A stretch of DNA of 54,133 nucleotides, taken from a virus (lineage: Duplodnaviria > Caudoviricetes). Location of the stretch: positions 1-54,133 of the IMG/VR virus record IMGVR_UViG_3300010214_000002. One strand, written 5' to 3'. The notes below the pieces were generated by a model, which did no database searches, was not told the DNA's origin, and was given only the letters and a program-made list of their open reading frames with translations. A program made the translations under genes and the position numbers. This document shows positions 8,702 to 16,772 of the stretch, in pieces. Each line of letters begins with the position of its first letter. Position 1 is the first letter of the stretch.

Positions 8702-9606
8702 AAGCACAGCTCACGCTCGAAGCGATCAACTATTCGTTGGAAGCAGACCAAGGCAATGCCTACCGCCGCATCTTCAAAGAGGTTGTGGCGGAAGCGCTGG
8801 CGTTGCCCGGGGCCGCCGTCTTCAAAGACAACGAGGACGGCTACAGCCGCAGGCTAGGGGCTTCTTCGATTAGCGGTCACTGCGAGCGTGAGATGTGGTT
8901 GAACTTTCGCTGGTGCACACAGCAGCGTGCATCCGGGCAGATGGTCCGGCTGTTCAATAGAGGGCACCTTGAAGAGCTCCGCTTCATTACGATGATGAAG
9001 ATGATTGGGTGCCAAGTGTGGGAGAGGCAGAATGGCAAACAGTTCTCTATTAAGGGTTATCGCGGTCACGGTGGTGGTTCGCTCGACTGCGTCGTCAAGG
9101 GCGTACCCGATGCGCCCTCGGTGGCTATGCCGGGTGAGTTCAAGACGCACAGCGAGAAGAGCTTTGCGACGCTTAAAAAGGATGGGCTTCTAAAGAGCCT
9201 GCCCAACCACGTCGACCAAACCCTGCTTTACATGGGGGAGTACAAGTTCCACACCGGGCTCTATCTGGCCTGCAACAAGAACACAGATGAGCTCTACGCA
9301 GAGCTGGTTATTTTTGATGAAGACCGCTACGTCTTTCTGAAAGAACGCGAACAACGCATCATCGACGCGCCCGTGCCTGCTGTGCGGATTAGCACGAACC
9401 CCGGATGGTTCCGCTGCAAGACGTGTGGGCAGCATGGCGTATGCCACGGGCGCGCACCAGTATTCAAATCTTGCCGGTCCTGCGTGCATGTTCAGCTCAA
9501 GGACAATGGCGAGTGGTTGTGCGGCGAGTACGGCCATTTTCTCAGCTATGAAGAACAGAAGTCCGCCTGTGACGACTGGGACCCCATCAACGAAATTAAA
9601 GCATGA
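8698..9606 (+). CDS. Cas4-like PD-(D/E)XK exonuclease
   Basis: LGASSISGHCER...RGHLEE...GSLD...GEFKT...Q...YM plus C-terminal Cys cluster (CKTC..C..CRSC). Confidence 0.85.
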   Translation: MKAQLTLEAINYSLEADQGNAYRRIFKEVVAEALALPGAAVFKDNEDGYSRRLGASSISGHCEREMWLNFRWCTQQRASGQMVRLFNRGHLEELRFITMMKMIGCQVWERQNGKQFSIKGYRGHGGGSLDCVVKGVPDAPSVAMPGEFKTHSEKSFATLKKDGLLKSLPNHVDQTLLYMGEYKFHTGLYLACNKNTDELYAELVIFDEDRYVFLKEREQRIIDAPVPAVRISTNPGWFRCKTCGQHGVCHGRAPVFKSCRSCVHVQLKDNGEWLCGEYGHFLSYEEQKSACDDWDPINEIKA

Positions 9607-11357
9607 AGATCCGCCCCCGCGATTATCAAGCCGCAGCCGTTGACGCGACCTTCAACTACTTTCCGACGCACCCGAAAGGCAACCCGGTCGTCGTGATGCC
9701 AACAGGCACGGGCAAGTCTGTCGTGATTGCGGAGACGTGCTTGCGCGCCATTGTTGGTTGGCCTGCCACTCGCATTCTGTGCTGTACCCACGTCAAAGAA
9801 CTTGTCGGCCAGAACGCAGCGAAGATGCTGGACGTATGGCCCGGTGCCCCGATTGGCGTGGTGGCGTCCGGCCTCAACCGCGAAGAGTACAACCGGCCGA
9901 TTACGTTCGGGTCTGTGCAAACCCTCTACACGCGTGTCCCAATGCTTGGGCATATCGACCTATTGCTGATCGATGAAGCCCACATGGTCGGCAAGAAAGA
10001 GTCGTCCATGTACATTCAGCTTATCAACGGACTAACCGCAGTGAACTCGCGCCTGCGCATCATTGGCTACACTGCGACAGACTATCGCATGGGAGCTGGG
10101 CGTCTTGCAGACGATGGCGAGGGAGTCTTCACGGACGTCTGCTTTGACATGTCCACGCGGGCTTGCTTCAAGTGGCTCTTTGAACAGAACTACCTTGCCA
10201 AGCTCTTCCCCAAGAGATCGCGCACTGCCACGATTGACGTAAAGGGCGTGAAGACTGTGAACGGGGAGTACGACCAGAAAGAGGCCGAGTCCCGTGCAAT
10301 GGCAATCACAGAAAAGGCGCTCATTGAGTCGATGGAGATTGCCGGGGGACGCAACCACTGGCTCATGTTCGCCAATGGCGTAGACCACGCGGTGATGATG
10401 GCCGAGCTTATGAACGCGATGGGCATTGAAACCCTGTGCGTGCATAGCAAGATGAAGGGCGCACAGCGCGACGCGAACATAGCTGCGTTCAAGGCTATGG
10501 AAGTGCAGGCGCTGGTGAACAACGGCATCCTCACTACAGGCTTTGACGACCCGCGCATCGACTACCTTGGCATCATGCGCATCACCAAGTCCGCCCCGCT
10601 GTGGGTCCAGATCTTGGGGCGCGGTAGTCGGCCATATTACGACAGCCTCTACAAGCCGTGGTTCCGCCCCGGCGAAGTGCTACCTGTGGTCAAGCGAGAG
10701 GACGGTCTCTGGCACTACGACCTAAACACGCTAGAAGGGCGTACAGCAGCGATTGCCACGGGGCCGAAGCCTCTGGGGTGTCTGGTTGGGGATTTTGGCG
10801 CTAACGCTCGCAGGCTAGGCCCTATCAATGACCCTGTAATCCCCGTGAAGAAAGGCAAGGGCGGGCCGGGCCGCGCGCCTGTGCGATGCTGCCCGCAGTG
10901 CGACGTAGAGAACCATGCAAGCGTGCGCGAATGTGAGTTCTGCGGGTTCGAGTTTCCAGTGCACCTGAAGATTGATACAGAGGCGGCAACCGACAACTTG
11001 ATCGCAGAAGACGAGGACCAGAAAGAATACTTCAACGTAGACATGGTCACGTACCGCAAGCACATCCCACGGCGCGAAGGCAGCTTCTCGTCGCTAGAGG
11101 TCAACTACTATTCAGGCATGCGCGTATTCAAAGAGTACGTCTGCCTTAGCCACACTAGCGCGATCCGCTACAGGGCCGAGCGCTGGTGGAAAGAACGGTC
11201 GAACGTGCCGCCGCCTGCCACTACGGAAGCTGCCATTGAAGGCAAGCACATCGACTCTTTGAAGACCCCAAGGCAGATACTTGTCCTTGTGAACAAACGC
11301 CACCCGGAGATTATTGGATACGTGTACGAGGATGAAAATGAGCAACGAGCGGCCTAG
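9603..11357 (+). CDS. SF2 DEAH helicase (RadD/YejH-like) with Zn finger
   Basis: PTGTGKS, DEAH, TAT, LTTGFD, QILGRGSR motifs; CPQC...CEFC Zn ribbon. Confidence 0.9.
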   Translation: MKIRPRDYQAAAVDATFNYFPTHPKGNPVVVMPTGTGKSVVIAETCLRAIVGWPATRILCCTHVKELVGQNAAKMLDVWPGAPIGVVASGLNREEYNRPITFGSVQTLYTRVPMLGHIDLLLIDEAHMVGKKESSMYIQLINGLTAVNSRLRIIGYTATDYRMGAGRLADDGEGVFTDVCFDMSTRACFKWLFEQNYLAKLFPKRSRTATIDVKGVKTVNGEYDQKEAESRAMAITEKALIESMEIAGGRNHWLMFANGVDHAVMMAELMNAMGIETLCVHSKMKGAQRDANIAAFKAMEVQALVNNGILTTGFDDPRIDYLGIMRITKSAPLWVQILGRGSRPYYDSLYKPWFRPGEVLPVVKREDGLWHYDLNTLEGRTAAIATGPKPLGCLVGDFGANARRLGPINDPVIPVKKGKGGPGRAPVRCCPQCDVENHASVRECEFCGFEFPVHLKIDTEAATDNLIAEDEDQKEYFNVDMVTYRKHIPRREGSFSSLEVNYYSGMRVFKEYVCLSHTSAIRYRAERWWKERSNVPPPATTEAAIEGKHIDSLKTPRQILVLVNKRHPEIIGYVYEDENEQRAA

Positions 11358-11721
11358 TTATTACGAACGAAACAAAGAACGCCTAAAGGCTTATCGGCGC
11401 GCATATTACGCGCAGAACCGCGAAGCCGAGTTGCCTAAGACGCGCGCGTATTCAAAAGAGAACCAGAAGGCGTTGAAGTTGAAAGAGCGCGCCCGCTTTT
11501 ATGGCCTTACGCTCGATGAACTTCTGGCGTTGCTGGCTCGGCCTGTTTGCGATATCTGTAAGCAAGCATTCAAGAGCAGCAAGCACCAGCATATTGATCA
11601 CTGTCACGCAACGCAGAATGTTCGCGGCGTGTTATGCGTGAACTGCAATCACGGCATTGGGAACATGAAAGACGACCCAGCTCGTTTGCGCGCCGCTGCC
11701 GATTACTTGGAGAAGAAATGA
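11338..11721 (+). CDS. Endonuclease VII-family (HNH) endonuclease
   Basis: YGLT...CDIC...HIDHCHATQNVRGVLCVNCNHGIG...DDPARLRAAADYL. Confidence 0.9.
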   Translation: MSNERPSYYERNKERLKAYRRAYYAQNREAELPKTRAYSKENQKALKLKERARFYGLTLDELLALLARPVCDICKQAFKSSKHQHIDHCHATQNVRGVLCVNCNHGIGNMKDDPARLRAAADYLEKK

Positions 11722-11948
11722 TGTCTACGACGAAGATGCGCTCGCCGCTTGAACTTGGCATGAGCCCTAACGAGCTTGCCATCCAGAAGACACACGAGCT
11801 ACTTGTGCAGCGTGGCATTCTGCCTAGCTGCGTCAACTGCGAGCTGTGGGACGAAAAGCAAGAGCTGTGTACTAAGTGGGGCCGCCGCCCGCCCGCAAAA
11901 GTGATTGTGATCGGGTGCCAACACCACATCCCGGACATACCTTTCTAA
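11718..11948 (+). CDS. Small Cys-rich hypothetical protein
   Basis: ATGA coupling; SCVNC...C...RPPAKVIVIGC...DIPF. Confidence 0.7.
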   Translation: MMSTTKMRSPLELGMSPNELAIQKTHELLVQRGILPSCVNCELWDEKQELCTKWGRRPPAKVIVIGCQHHIPDIPF

Positions 11949-11966
11949 CTGAGGGTTTCTACCTAC

Positions 11967-11993
11967 TTGATGTTTTGTTCTTACCCGTAGAAT
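11967..11993 (+). promoter_or_regulatory. Possible sigma70-like promoter
   Basis: TTGATG...TAGAAT (15-nt spacer) in an AT-rich intergenic gap; spacing suboptimal. Confidence 0.35.
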
Positions 11994-12061
11994 ATTCTGG
12001 TCATGGGCAGCGCACTTGCTGCCCCAACCCAGAAGCAGCCACTTCTACCTAGGAGCAAATC

Positions 12062-12841
12062 ATGCAAGCACAAAAGTTCTACAGCAGCAAGAGCAACGCC
12101 GCCCGCGCCGCCAAGGCAGCCTTCGGTGAAGACTTCAAGAACCTGACCAAGCTGGTTGAAAACGAGCAAGGCTTTGCCTACGTTGAAGCCGACACCGACG
12201 TGATTGAAGTTTCCGCCCCGGTCAGCAAGCGCCAGCAAGCCGAACACGCTATCAAAGTCGTGCAAGGCATGATCGAGCAAGCACAAAGCATGGCAAACAT
12301 CGCCGTGTGCGAAAAGGCGATTGCTGGCCTGTACGATGCTCGTGAAATCGAAGAGGGCGTGTACAAGGCGCTGCTGAAGCAAGCCAGCGAACGCGTCGAA
12401 GCACTGGCAAGCGCAGCAGGGGAAGCAGAAGCCCACGAAGCGGCCCGCCTGCAAGCCGTCGAAGATGCCAAAGCAAACCCCTTCAACTGCCGGGTGTGCC
12501 CGGTGTGCGGAAGCGCCGATATTTATCATGGCATCGGCGACGAAAAAACCGGAATGGTTGTACGCGAAACCGAAGTCGGCGGCTGCCATCACTGCGACTG
12601 GACATTCGACATCGGCAAGCGCCGTACCAGCGTGATCGACAACCCCTGCCGCGCCGTGTGGGAGATCGCCGATCAGTTCAAAAAGGCCAACGGCGGCGAG
12701 CGCCCGCGTCGCAAGGATGTGCTTGAAGCCTGCGCACAGGCTGGCATCGCGCACTACACGGCTCGCACTCAATACCAACTGTGGCTGACCACGCAGAAGG
12801 AAATGGAACAACGCGCCGCACAACAGGCTAAAAAAGCCTAA
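12062..12841 (+). CDS. Hypothetical protein with Zn ribbon and C-terminal repeated helical domain (paralog 1)
   Basis: AGGAG RBS; CPVC...CHHC; C-terminal VWEIAD...VLEAC...GIAHYTARTQYQLW. Confidence 0.8.
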   Translation: MQAQKFYSSKSNAARAAKAAFGEDFKNLTKLVENEQGFAYVEADTDVIEVSAPVSKRQQAEHAIKVVQGMIEQAQSMANIAVCEKAIAGLYDAREIEEGVYKALLKQASERVEALASAAGEAEAHEAARLQAVEDAKANPFNCRVCPVCGSADIYHGIGDEKTGMVVRETEVGGCHHCDWTFDIGKRRTSVIDNPCRAVWEIADQFKKANGGERPRRKDVLEACAQAGIAHYTARTQYQLWLTTQKEMEQRAAQQAKKA

Positions 12842-12904
12842 CCTTAGTTACGGGGCAGGACGGCTCTGGCCTGCCCCACCCAACCCGCTGACCGGGGGAG
12901 CCGC

Positions 12905-13054
12905 ATGTCTTTTAGATCCTTTCTGTACCGCCTAGCGTCGTTTCTTGGCGACGTGAACGCGGTGAGTCGCGGCCCGGTGGCCGTTGGCAAGCGGATCGGC
13001 CGCAAAGTTGGGTATAAGCTGGCGAGTAAATTCATAAACTCGCTGTTCCGGTAA
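12905..13054 (+). CDS. Small basic amphipathic peptide (49 aa)
   Basis: Not in ORF track; GGGGGAG RBS; MSFRSFLYRLASFLGDVNAVSRGPVAVGKRIGRKVGYKLASKFINSLFR. Confidence 0.65.
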   Translation: MSFRSFLYRLASFLGDVNAVSRGPVAVGKRIGRKVGYKLASKFINSLFR

Positions 13055-13066
13055 TTGGAGGCAACC

Positions 13067-13765
13067 ATGCCTGAAACTTTTATTGTTATCGACCTTGAAA
13101 ACCCGAAGGTTGTTAAGCGCACCAATGACTATCGCGCTGCAACCCTCTGGGCCGACACCGACTTCGCAACCAAGTCAACCCACGTTAGCGACCTGTGCGT
13201 GCGAGCGTTCAGTTGCCTGACCGAACTGAGCTTGATCAAGCTGTACAAGAACACGTTCGGGGAAGACTTGGGCCTGCGCCCATATGCCGACATGCTGCGC
13301 GCCTGTTATTACAGGTCGCTCGAGCTGCCTGTAGACGAGACGCCCGTTGCAACGCTCGAGTTGGCACACAAGCACATGATGCAGGGGTTGTACCCGCTTC
13401 ACAGCGACAAGCCCCTGCCCCTGCCGCCTGAAAACGGCCCCACAGACCCCGAATGGCGGGCCATGCTGGCCGAGGCTGGGCACCTAGTACCCCCAGTACC
13501 TACGCCGGGCGGTAACGGCCACAGCACCCCGCCTAGCCACCGTAGCACGCCGAGCCCGGCGCAGCGGCCGAAGCCCGGTAGTACCACGGCGCGCGTGTGG
13601 GACATCTGCGACGAGCAGTTGAAGAAGACCGGCCAGAAAAGCATTGCCGGGCTGAACATGAAAGACTTTCGCGTCGTAGTTATGAAGGCGTGCGAGGCCG
13701 AGGGCATCAACGATTCCACAGCCGCTACCCAGTACGGCAAATGGAAATCCTCACAAGTGATCTAA
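13067..13765 (+). CDS. Hypothetical protein with C-terminal repeated helical domain (paralog 2)
   Basis: GGAGG RBS; RPKPGSTTARVWDICD...ACEAEGINDSTAATQYGKW. Confidence 0.8.
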   Translation: MPETFIVIDLENPKVVKRTNDYRAATLWADTDFATKSTHVSDLCVRAFSCLTELSLIKLYKNTFGEDLGLRPYADMLRACYYRSLELPVDETPVATLELAHKHMMQGLYPLHSDKPLPLPPENGPTDPEWRAMLAEAGHLVPPVPTPGGNGHSTPPSHRSTPSPAQRPKPGSTTARVWDICDEQLKKTGQKSIAGLNMKDFRVVVMKACEAEGINDSTAATQYGKWKSSQVI

Positions 13766-13801
13766 AACGTCTTTGACGGGGGAGTGGCTGGCATTTACCA
13801 T
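13760..13801 (+). promoter_or_regulatory. Sigma70-like promoter with conserved upstream motif
   Basis: ATCTAAAACGTCT-TTGACG-N17-TACCAT. Confidence 0.65.
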
Positions 13802-13869
13802 TCAGCTACTCCCGATTAAACGAGTTTTTCGCCTGCCACTAACAGGCCCACCAACCACCGGAGATCAGC

Positions 13870-14364
13870 ATGACCGATGCAGCAAACAAGACCGAAAACA
13901 CCACCGCCGCACCCGCTGCGCCGGTCAAGGACGAACGCAATGGCGTGACCCGCCCCAAGGACGCAAATGGCGCGACCGGAAAGGTCTGGGCCATCGCAGA
14001 CAAGCTGTCGGCCTCACTGGAACGCCCGGCTACCCGTGGTGAAGTGCTGGCCGAGGGCCAGAAGCAGGGCGTGAACCCGGCCACGATCACCACGCAGTAT
14101 GGCCGCTGGTGCAAGTATTACGGCCTGAAGAACACCTCGGCCGCAGTTCAGCAAGCAGCCAAGGACGCGAAGGCAAAGGAAAAGGCCGATGCAAAGGCCA
14201 AGGCCGACGCCGACAAGGCAGCCAAGAAGGCTGAAGCCGACAAGGCCAAGAAGGAAAAGGCCGACAAGGCTGCGGCCGACAAGAAGGCCAAGGCTGACGC
14301 CGCTGCTGCTGCCAAGGCCAGCAAGGCGCAAGTCACGCCTCCGCCCCCGGCACCGGCACAGTAA
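13870..14364 (+). CDS. Putative nucleic-acid-binding protein: repeated helical domain (paralog 3) plus histone H1-like Lys/Ala-rich tail
   Basis: GGAG RBS; RPKDANGATGKVWAIAD...GVNPATITTQYGRW, then AKDAKAKEKADAKAK repeats. Confidence 0.8.
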   Translation: MTDAANKTENTTAAPAAPVKDERNGVTRPKDANGATGKVWAIADKLSASLERPATRGEVLAEGQKQGVNPATITTQYGRWCKYYGLKNTSAAVQQAAKDAKAKEKADAKAKADADKAAKKAEADKAKKEKADKAAADKKAKADAAAAAKASKAQVTPPPPAPAQ

Positions 14365-14930
14365 GAAGGCTCGCGACGCGGCTGGCTCAGCCCAGTCGTT
14401 CCAGTGGGGGCGGCACCCCCAGTCGTAAAACCGCCCGCCCCTTCGGGGGCGTCATAAGAAGCTGGTTCCTGAATCGCAGCCCTCATGCTGGGGCTGGAAG
14501 GCTGCGATGCGTGGGGGCGCGTAGGGACCAGCCCCTTATGATTTCCTAGCGTGGCTGCGGGCCGTTGTTCCTTGTCTTGCGCAGGGGGCTTCGGTCGCGG
14601 TGCTCGGTGAACGTCTTCTTTCAGGGTGCGCCACCCTTTAGCTGACCTACCGTAGCACCGCGACCGAAGCTGGCGGCAGCCTTATCACCTGCTCATGCCG
14701 AACGGCCTGATAAGCCTAGTACGTTGATGGTACGTGTCGCCTTGAAAACGGCATTACGACCAGCTTCCCGGAGCCTGCTCCGGGGTGCGCCCTCTATGTC
14801 CTGCTCGGTACTGCTTAGATCTCCCCGGTCGAACAATCGTGACACAGGCACTGAGGGCGCACCCCAGAGCAATGACCCGCTCTGTCTCCCAAGGCCCCGT
14901 TCTGTTACCCGGCAGACGGGGCTTCTTTTT
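14365..14930 (+). ncRNA. Putative large structured non-coding RNA / structured 3' UTR
   Basis: No credible ORF; UUCG-capped hairpin 14437-14450; long stems 14452-14541, 14588-14670 (perfect 17-bp IR), 14776-14871 (perfect 13-bp IR), 14681-14714; ends in a terminator. Confidence 0.5.
14892..14930 (+). terminator. Rho-independent terminator
   Basis: AGGCCCCGTTCTG...CAGACGGGGCTT followed by CTTTTT. Confidence 0.8.
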
Positions 14931-14974
14931 GACTCAACCTTTTGTAGAAGCCTTATGCGCCGCGCCAGTGTGGG

Positions 14975-14985
14975 CAACGTATAAT
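14975..14985 (+). promoter_or_regulatory. Possible -10 box of the que operon promoter
   Basis: Perfect TATAAT at 14980-14985, 26 nt before the queE ATG and after the terminator; no good -35. Confidence 0.4.
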
Positions 14986-15011
14986 GGCCCTAACCGCCTA
15001 CAGGGGAACCA

Positions 15012-15701
15012 ATGAAAGTCATCAACATCCAGCCCATTGAGCGCCGGACTATCGGCAACGGCTCGGCACTGGACATCCACTCCATCTTCCATACGATTCA
15101 AGGCGAAGGCCCCTTCACTGGGCGGCCTGCTGTATTCATTCGCTTGGCCGGATGCAATCTGCAATGCCCGGCATGCGATACCGAGTACACGCAGGGTCGC
15201 GACGTGCTGCCTGTGCACGACGTGATTGAGACAGTCCGGCGCATGGCGCACCCATCCAAGGCAATGGTAGTGATCACTGGTGGCGAGCCGTTCAGGCAAA
15301 ACCTGTCGCAGCTCGTCAGCCGTCTACACGACTCTGGATACGACATCCAGATCGAGACGAACGGCACAGTCGCACCGGAAGACTTCCCTTACGAGCTGGT
15401 TAGCATTGTTGTCAGCCCGAAGGCTGGCAAGGTGCAGCCGGGTTTGTTCCCCCATATCTTGGCGTACAAATACGTCATCTCTCACGAGTTCCTGGACACC
15501 GATGGGTTGCCCACACGGGCGCTCGGCGGTGTGCGCCCGGCACGTCCTCATGCAGAATTCACGGGCGAGGTCTACGTCAACCCGCAGGACGACAAAGACC
15601 CCTTGATCAACACGTTCAATCAGAACGCAACCGTTCACGTAGCCTTGCGGTTTGGCTACACCTTCGGGCTTCAAGTCCACAAGCTCATCAACATGGAGTA
15701 A
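15012..15701 (+). CDS. queE: 7-carboxy-7-deazaguanine synthase (radical SAM)
   Basis: IFHTIQGEG...VFIRLAGCNLQCPACDT (CxxxCxxC), ITGGEP, IETNG, VSPK, QVHK. Confidence 0.95.
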   Translation: MKVINIQPIERRTIGNGSALDIHSIFHTIQGEGPFTGRPAVFIRLAGCNLQCPACDTEYTQGRDVLPVHDVIETVRRMAHPSKAMVVITGGEPFRQNLSQLVSRLHDSGYDIQIETNGTVAPEDFPYELVSIVVSPKAGKVQPGLFPHILAYKYVISHEFLDTDGLPTRALGGVRPARPHAEFTGEVYVNPQDDKDPLINTFNQNATVHVALRFGYTFGLQVHKLINME

Positions 15702-15705
15702 CGAT

Positions 15706-16395
15706 ATGCCACGCAGTAAAGATGCTGTAGTTGTGTTTAGCGGCGGTCAAGATTCGACCACGTGCCTCGGCCTTGCTATTCAGAAGTTTGGCGCAGACCG
15801 CGTGCAGGCCATTGGCTTCAACTACGGTCAGCGCCATCTCGTGGAGCTGAACCAAGCCAACAAGATCGCGAAGATGCTTGGCGTTGACTTCTACACGGTC
15901 GAGATGCCGTTCCTACCGAAGATCGTTGGCAGCGCGCTCACAAACAAGGTGGACCGCATCGAAGAGCCGCACGAGCGCTTGACGAACCTGCCCGCGTCGT
16001 TTGTACCCGCGCGCAATGCACTCATGCTCACGATCAGCCATGCCGCTGCGCAAGAACTGGGCGCGCAGGAGCTCTACACTGGGGTTTGCCAAACCGACTT
16101 CTCCGGCTACCCCGATTGCCGCGACGAGTTTATCCGCATGCTCGAGCGCACTCTCAACATCGGCTACCAATCGCAGATCGCCATCGTCACGCCGCTCATG
16201 TTCATCAACAAGGCAGCGACGTACGACCTTGCGGATAAGTGCGGCATCCTGCCGATCGTCCTGGACCACTCGCACACCTGCTACGAAGGTGATCGCAGCG
16301 AACGCCATGACTGGGGGTTTGGTTGCGGCGAGTGCCCGGCGTGCAAGCTGCGGGCCAAGGGCTGGGACGAGTACCTCGAGAACTACGTTCAGTGA
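15706..16395 (+). CDS. queC: 7-cyano-7-deazaguanine (preQ0) synthase
   Basis: SGGQDS PP-loop, YGQRH, VPARN, DFSGYPDCR, TCY...CGECPAC; no fused glutamine amidotransferase domain. Confidence 0.95.
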   Translation: MPRSKDAVVVFSGGQDSTTCLGLAIQKFGADRVQAIGFNYGQRHLVELNQANKIAKMLGVDFYTVEMPFLPKIVGSALTNKVDRIEEPHERLTNLPASFVPARNALMLTISHAAAQELGAQELYTGVCQTDFSGYPDCRDEFIRMLERTLNIGYQSQIAIVTPLMFINKAATYDLADKCGILPIVLDHSHTCYEGDRSERHDWGFGCGECPACKLRAKGWDEYLENYVQ

Positions 16396-16772
16396 AGTCT
16401 GTTCACGCGCTGGAAGTATATGAGCTGGACTACTGGGCCGCATTGTCTATTGAACACGCAGTGCGGATCGGTAGGTCGCCATCGGGCGAGCACATTGTCT
16501 GCTGGTCGGCAGAGAATAAGCAGATGTTCTCGCCCTCTACCCGATGGCGGCAGGCTTCACGTTTTCTTCTTCTCATGGCGCGGGAAGGACGTGTAGTTAT
16601 GTCTGGTGGTGGTGTGACGCGCGCTGTCGTCTCGTTCTACCCAAACCCTGAAGAGCACTTCACGGGCGGTCACGAAACGAGTTTGTCAGTGGCGCTAATC
16701 CGCTGCTATCTTCTTTGGAAGTTTGGACCCGAGGTTCAGGATGTACAAATCGACGAAACGCTACGGGCATGA
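16392..16772 (+). CDS. Hypothetical protein, possibly NinX/DUF2591-like
   Basis: GTGA coupling with queC; ELDYWAA...FSPSTRW...ALIRCYL...FG pattern. Confidence 0.55.
   Translation: MKSVHALEVYELDYWAALSIEHAVRIGRSPSGEHIVCWSAENKQMFSPSTRWRQASRFLLLMAREGRVVMSGGGVTRAVVSFYPNPEEHFTGGHETSLSVALIRCYLLWKFGPEVQDVQIDETLRA

Noticed and set aside
8698-9606. Cas4-like gene as evidence of a CRISPR system
   Set aside because: No repeat-spacer array or other cas genes seen; solo Cas4-like exonucleases are standard in phage recombination modules
14681-14760. SAM-I riboswitch (CTTATC...GATAAG) or hammerhead (CTGATAA...GAAA) resemblance
   Set aside because: Too short and lacking the SAM-I core; the hammerhead needs CUGAnGA and correctly placed stems, which are absent
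14693-15015. Short ORFs in the structured intergenic region (14693-14977 -, 14724-14984 +, 14785-15015 +)
   Set aside because: No RBS, atypical composition, and they run through the terminator hairpin
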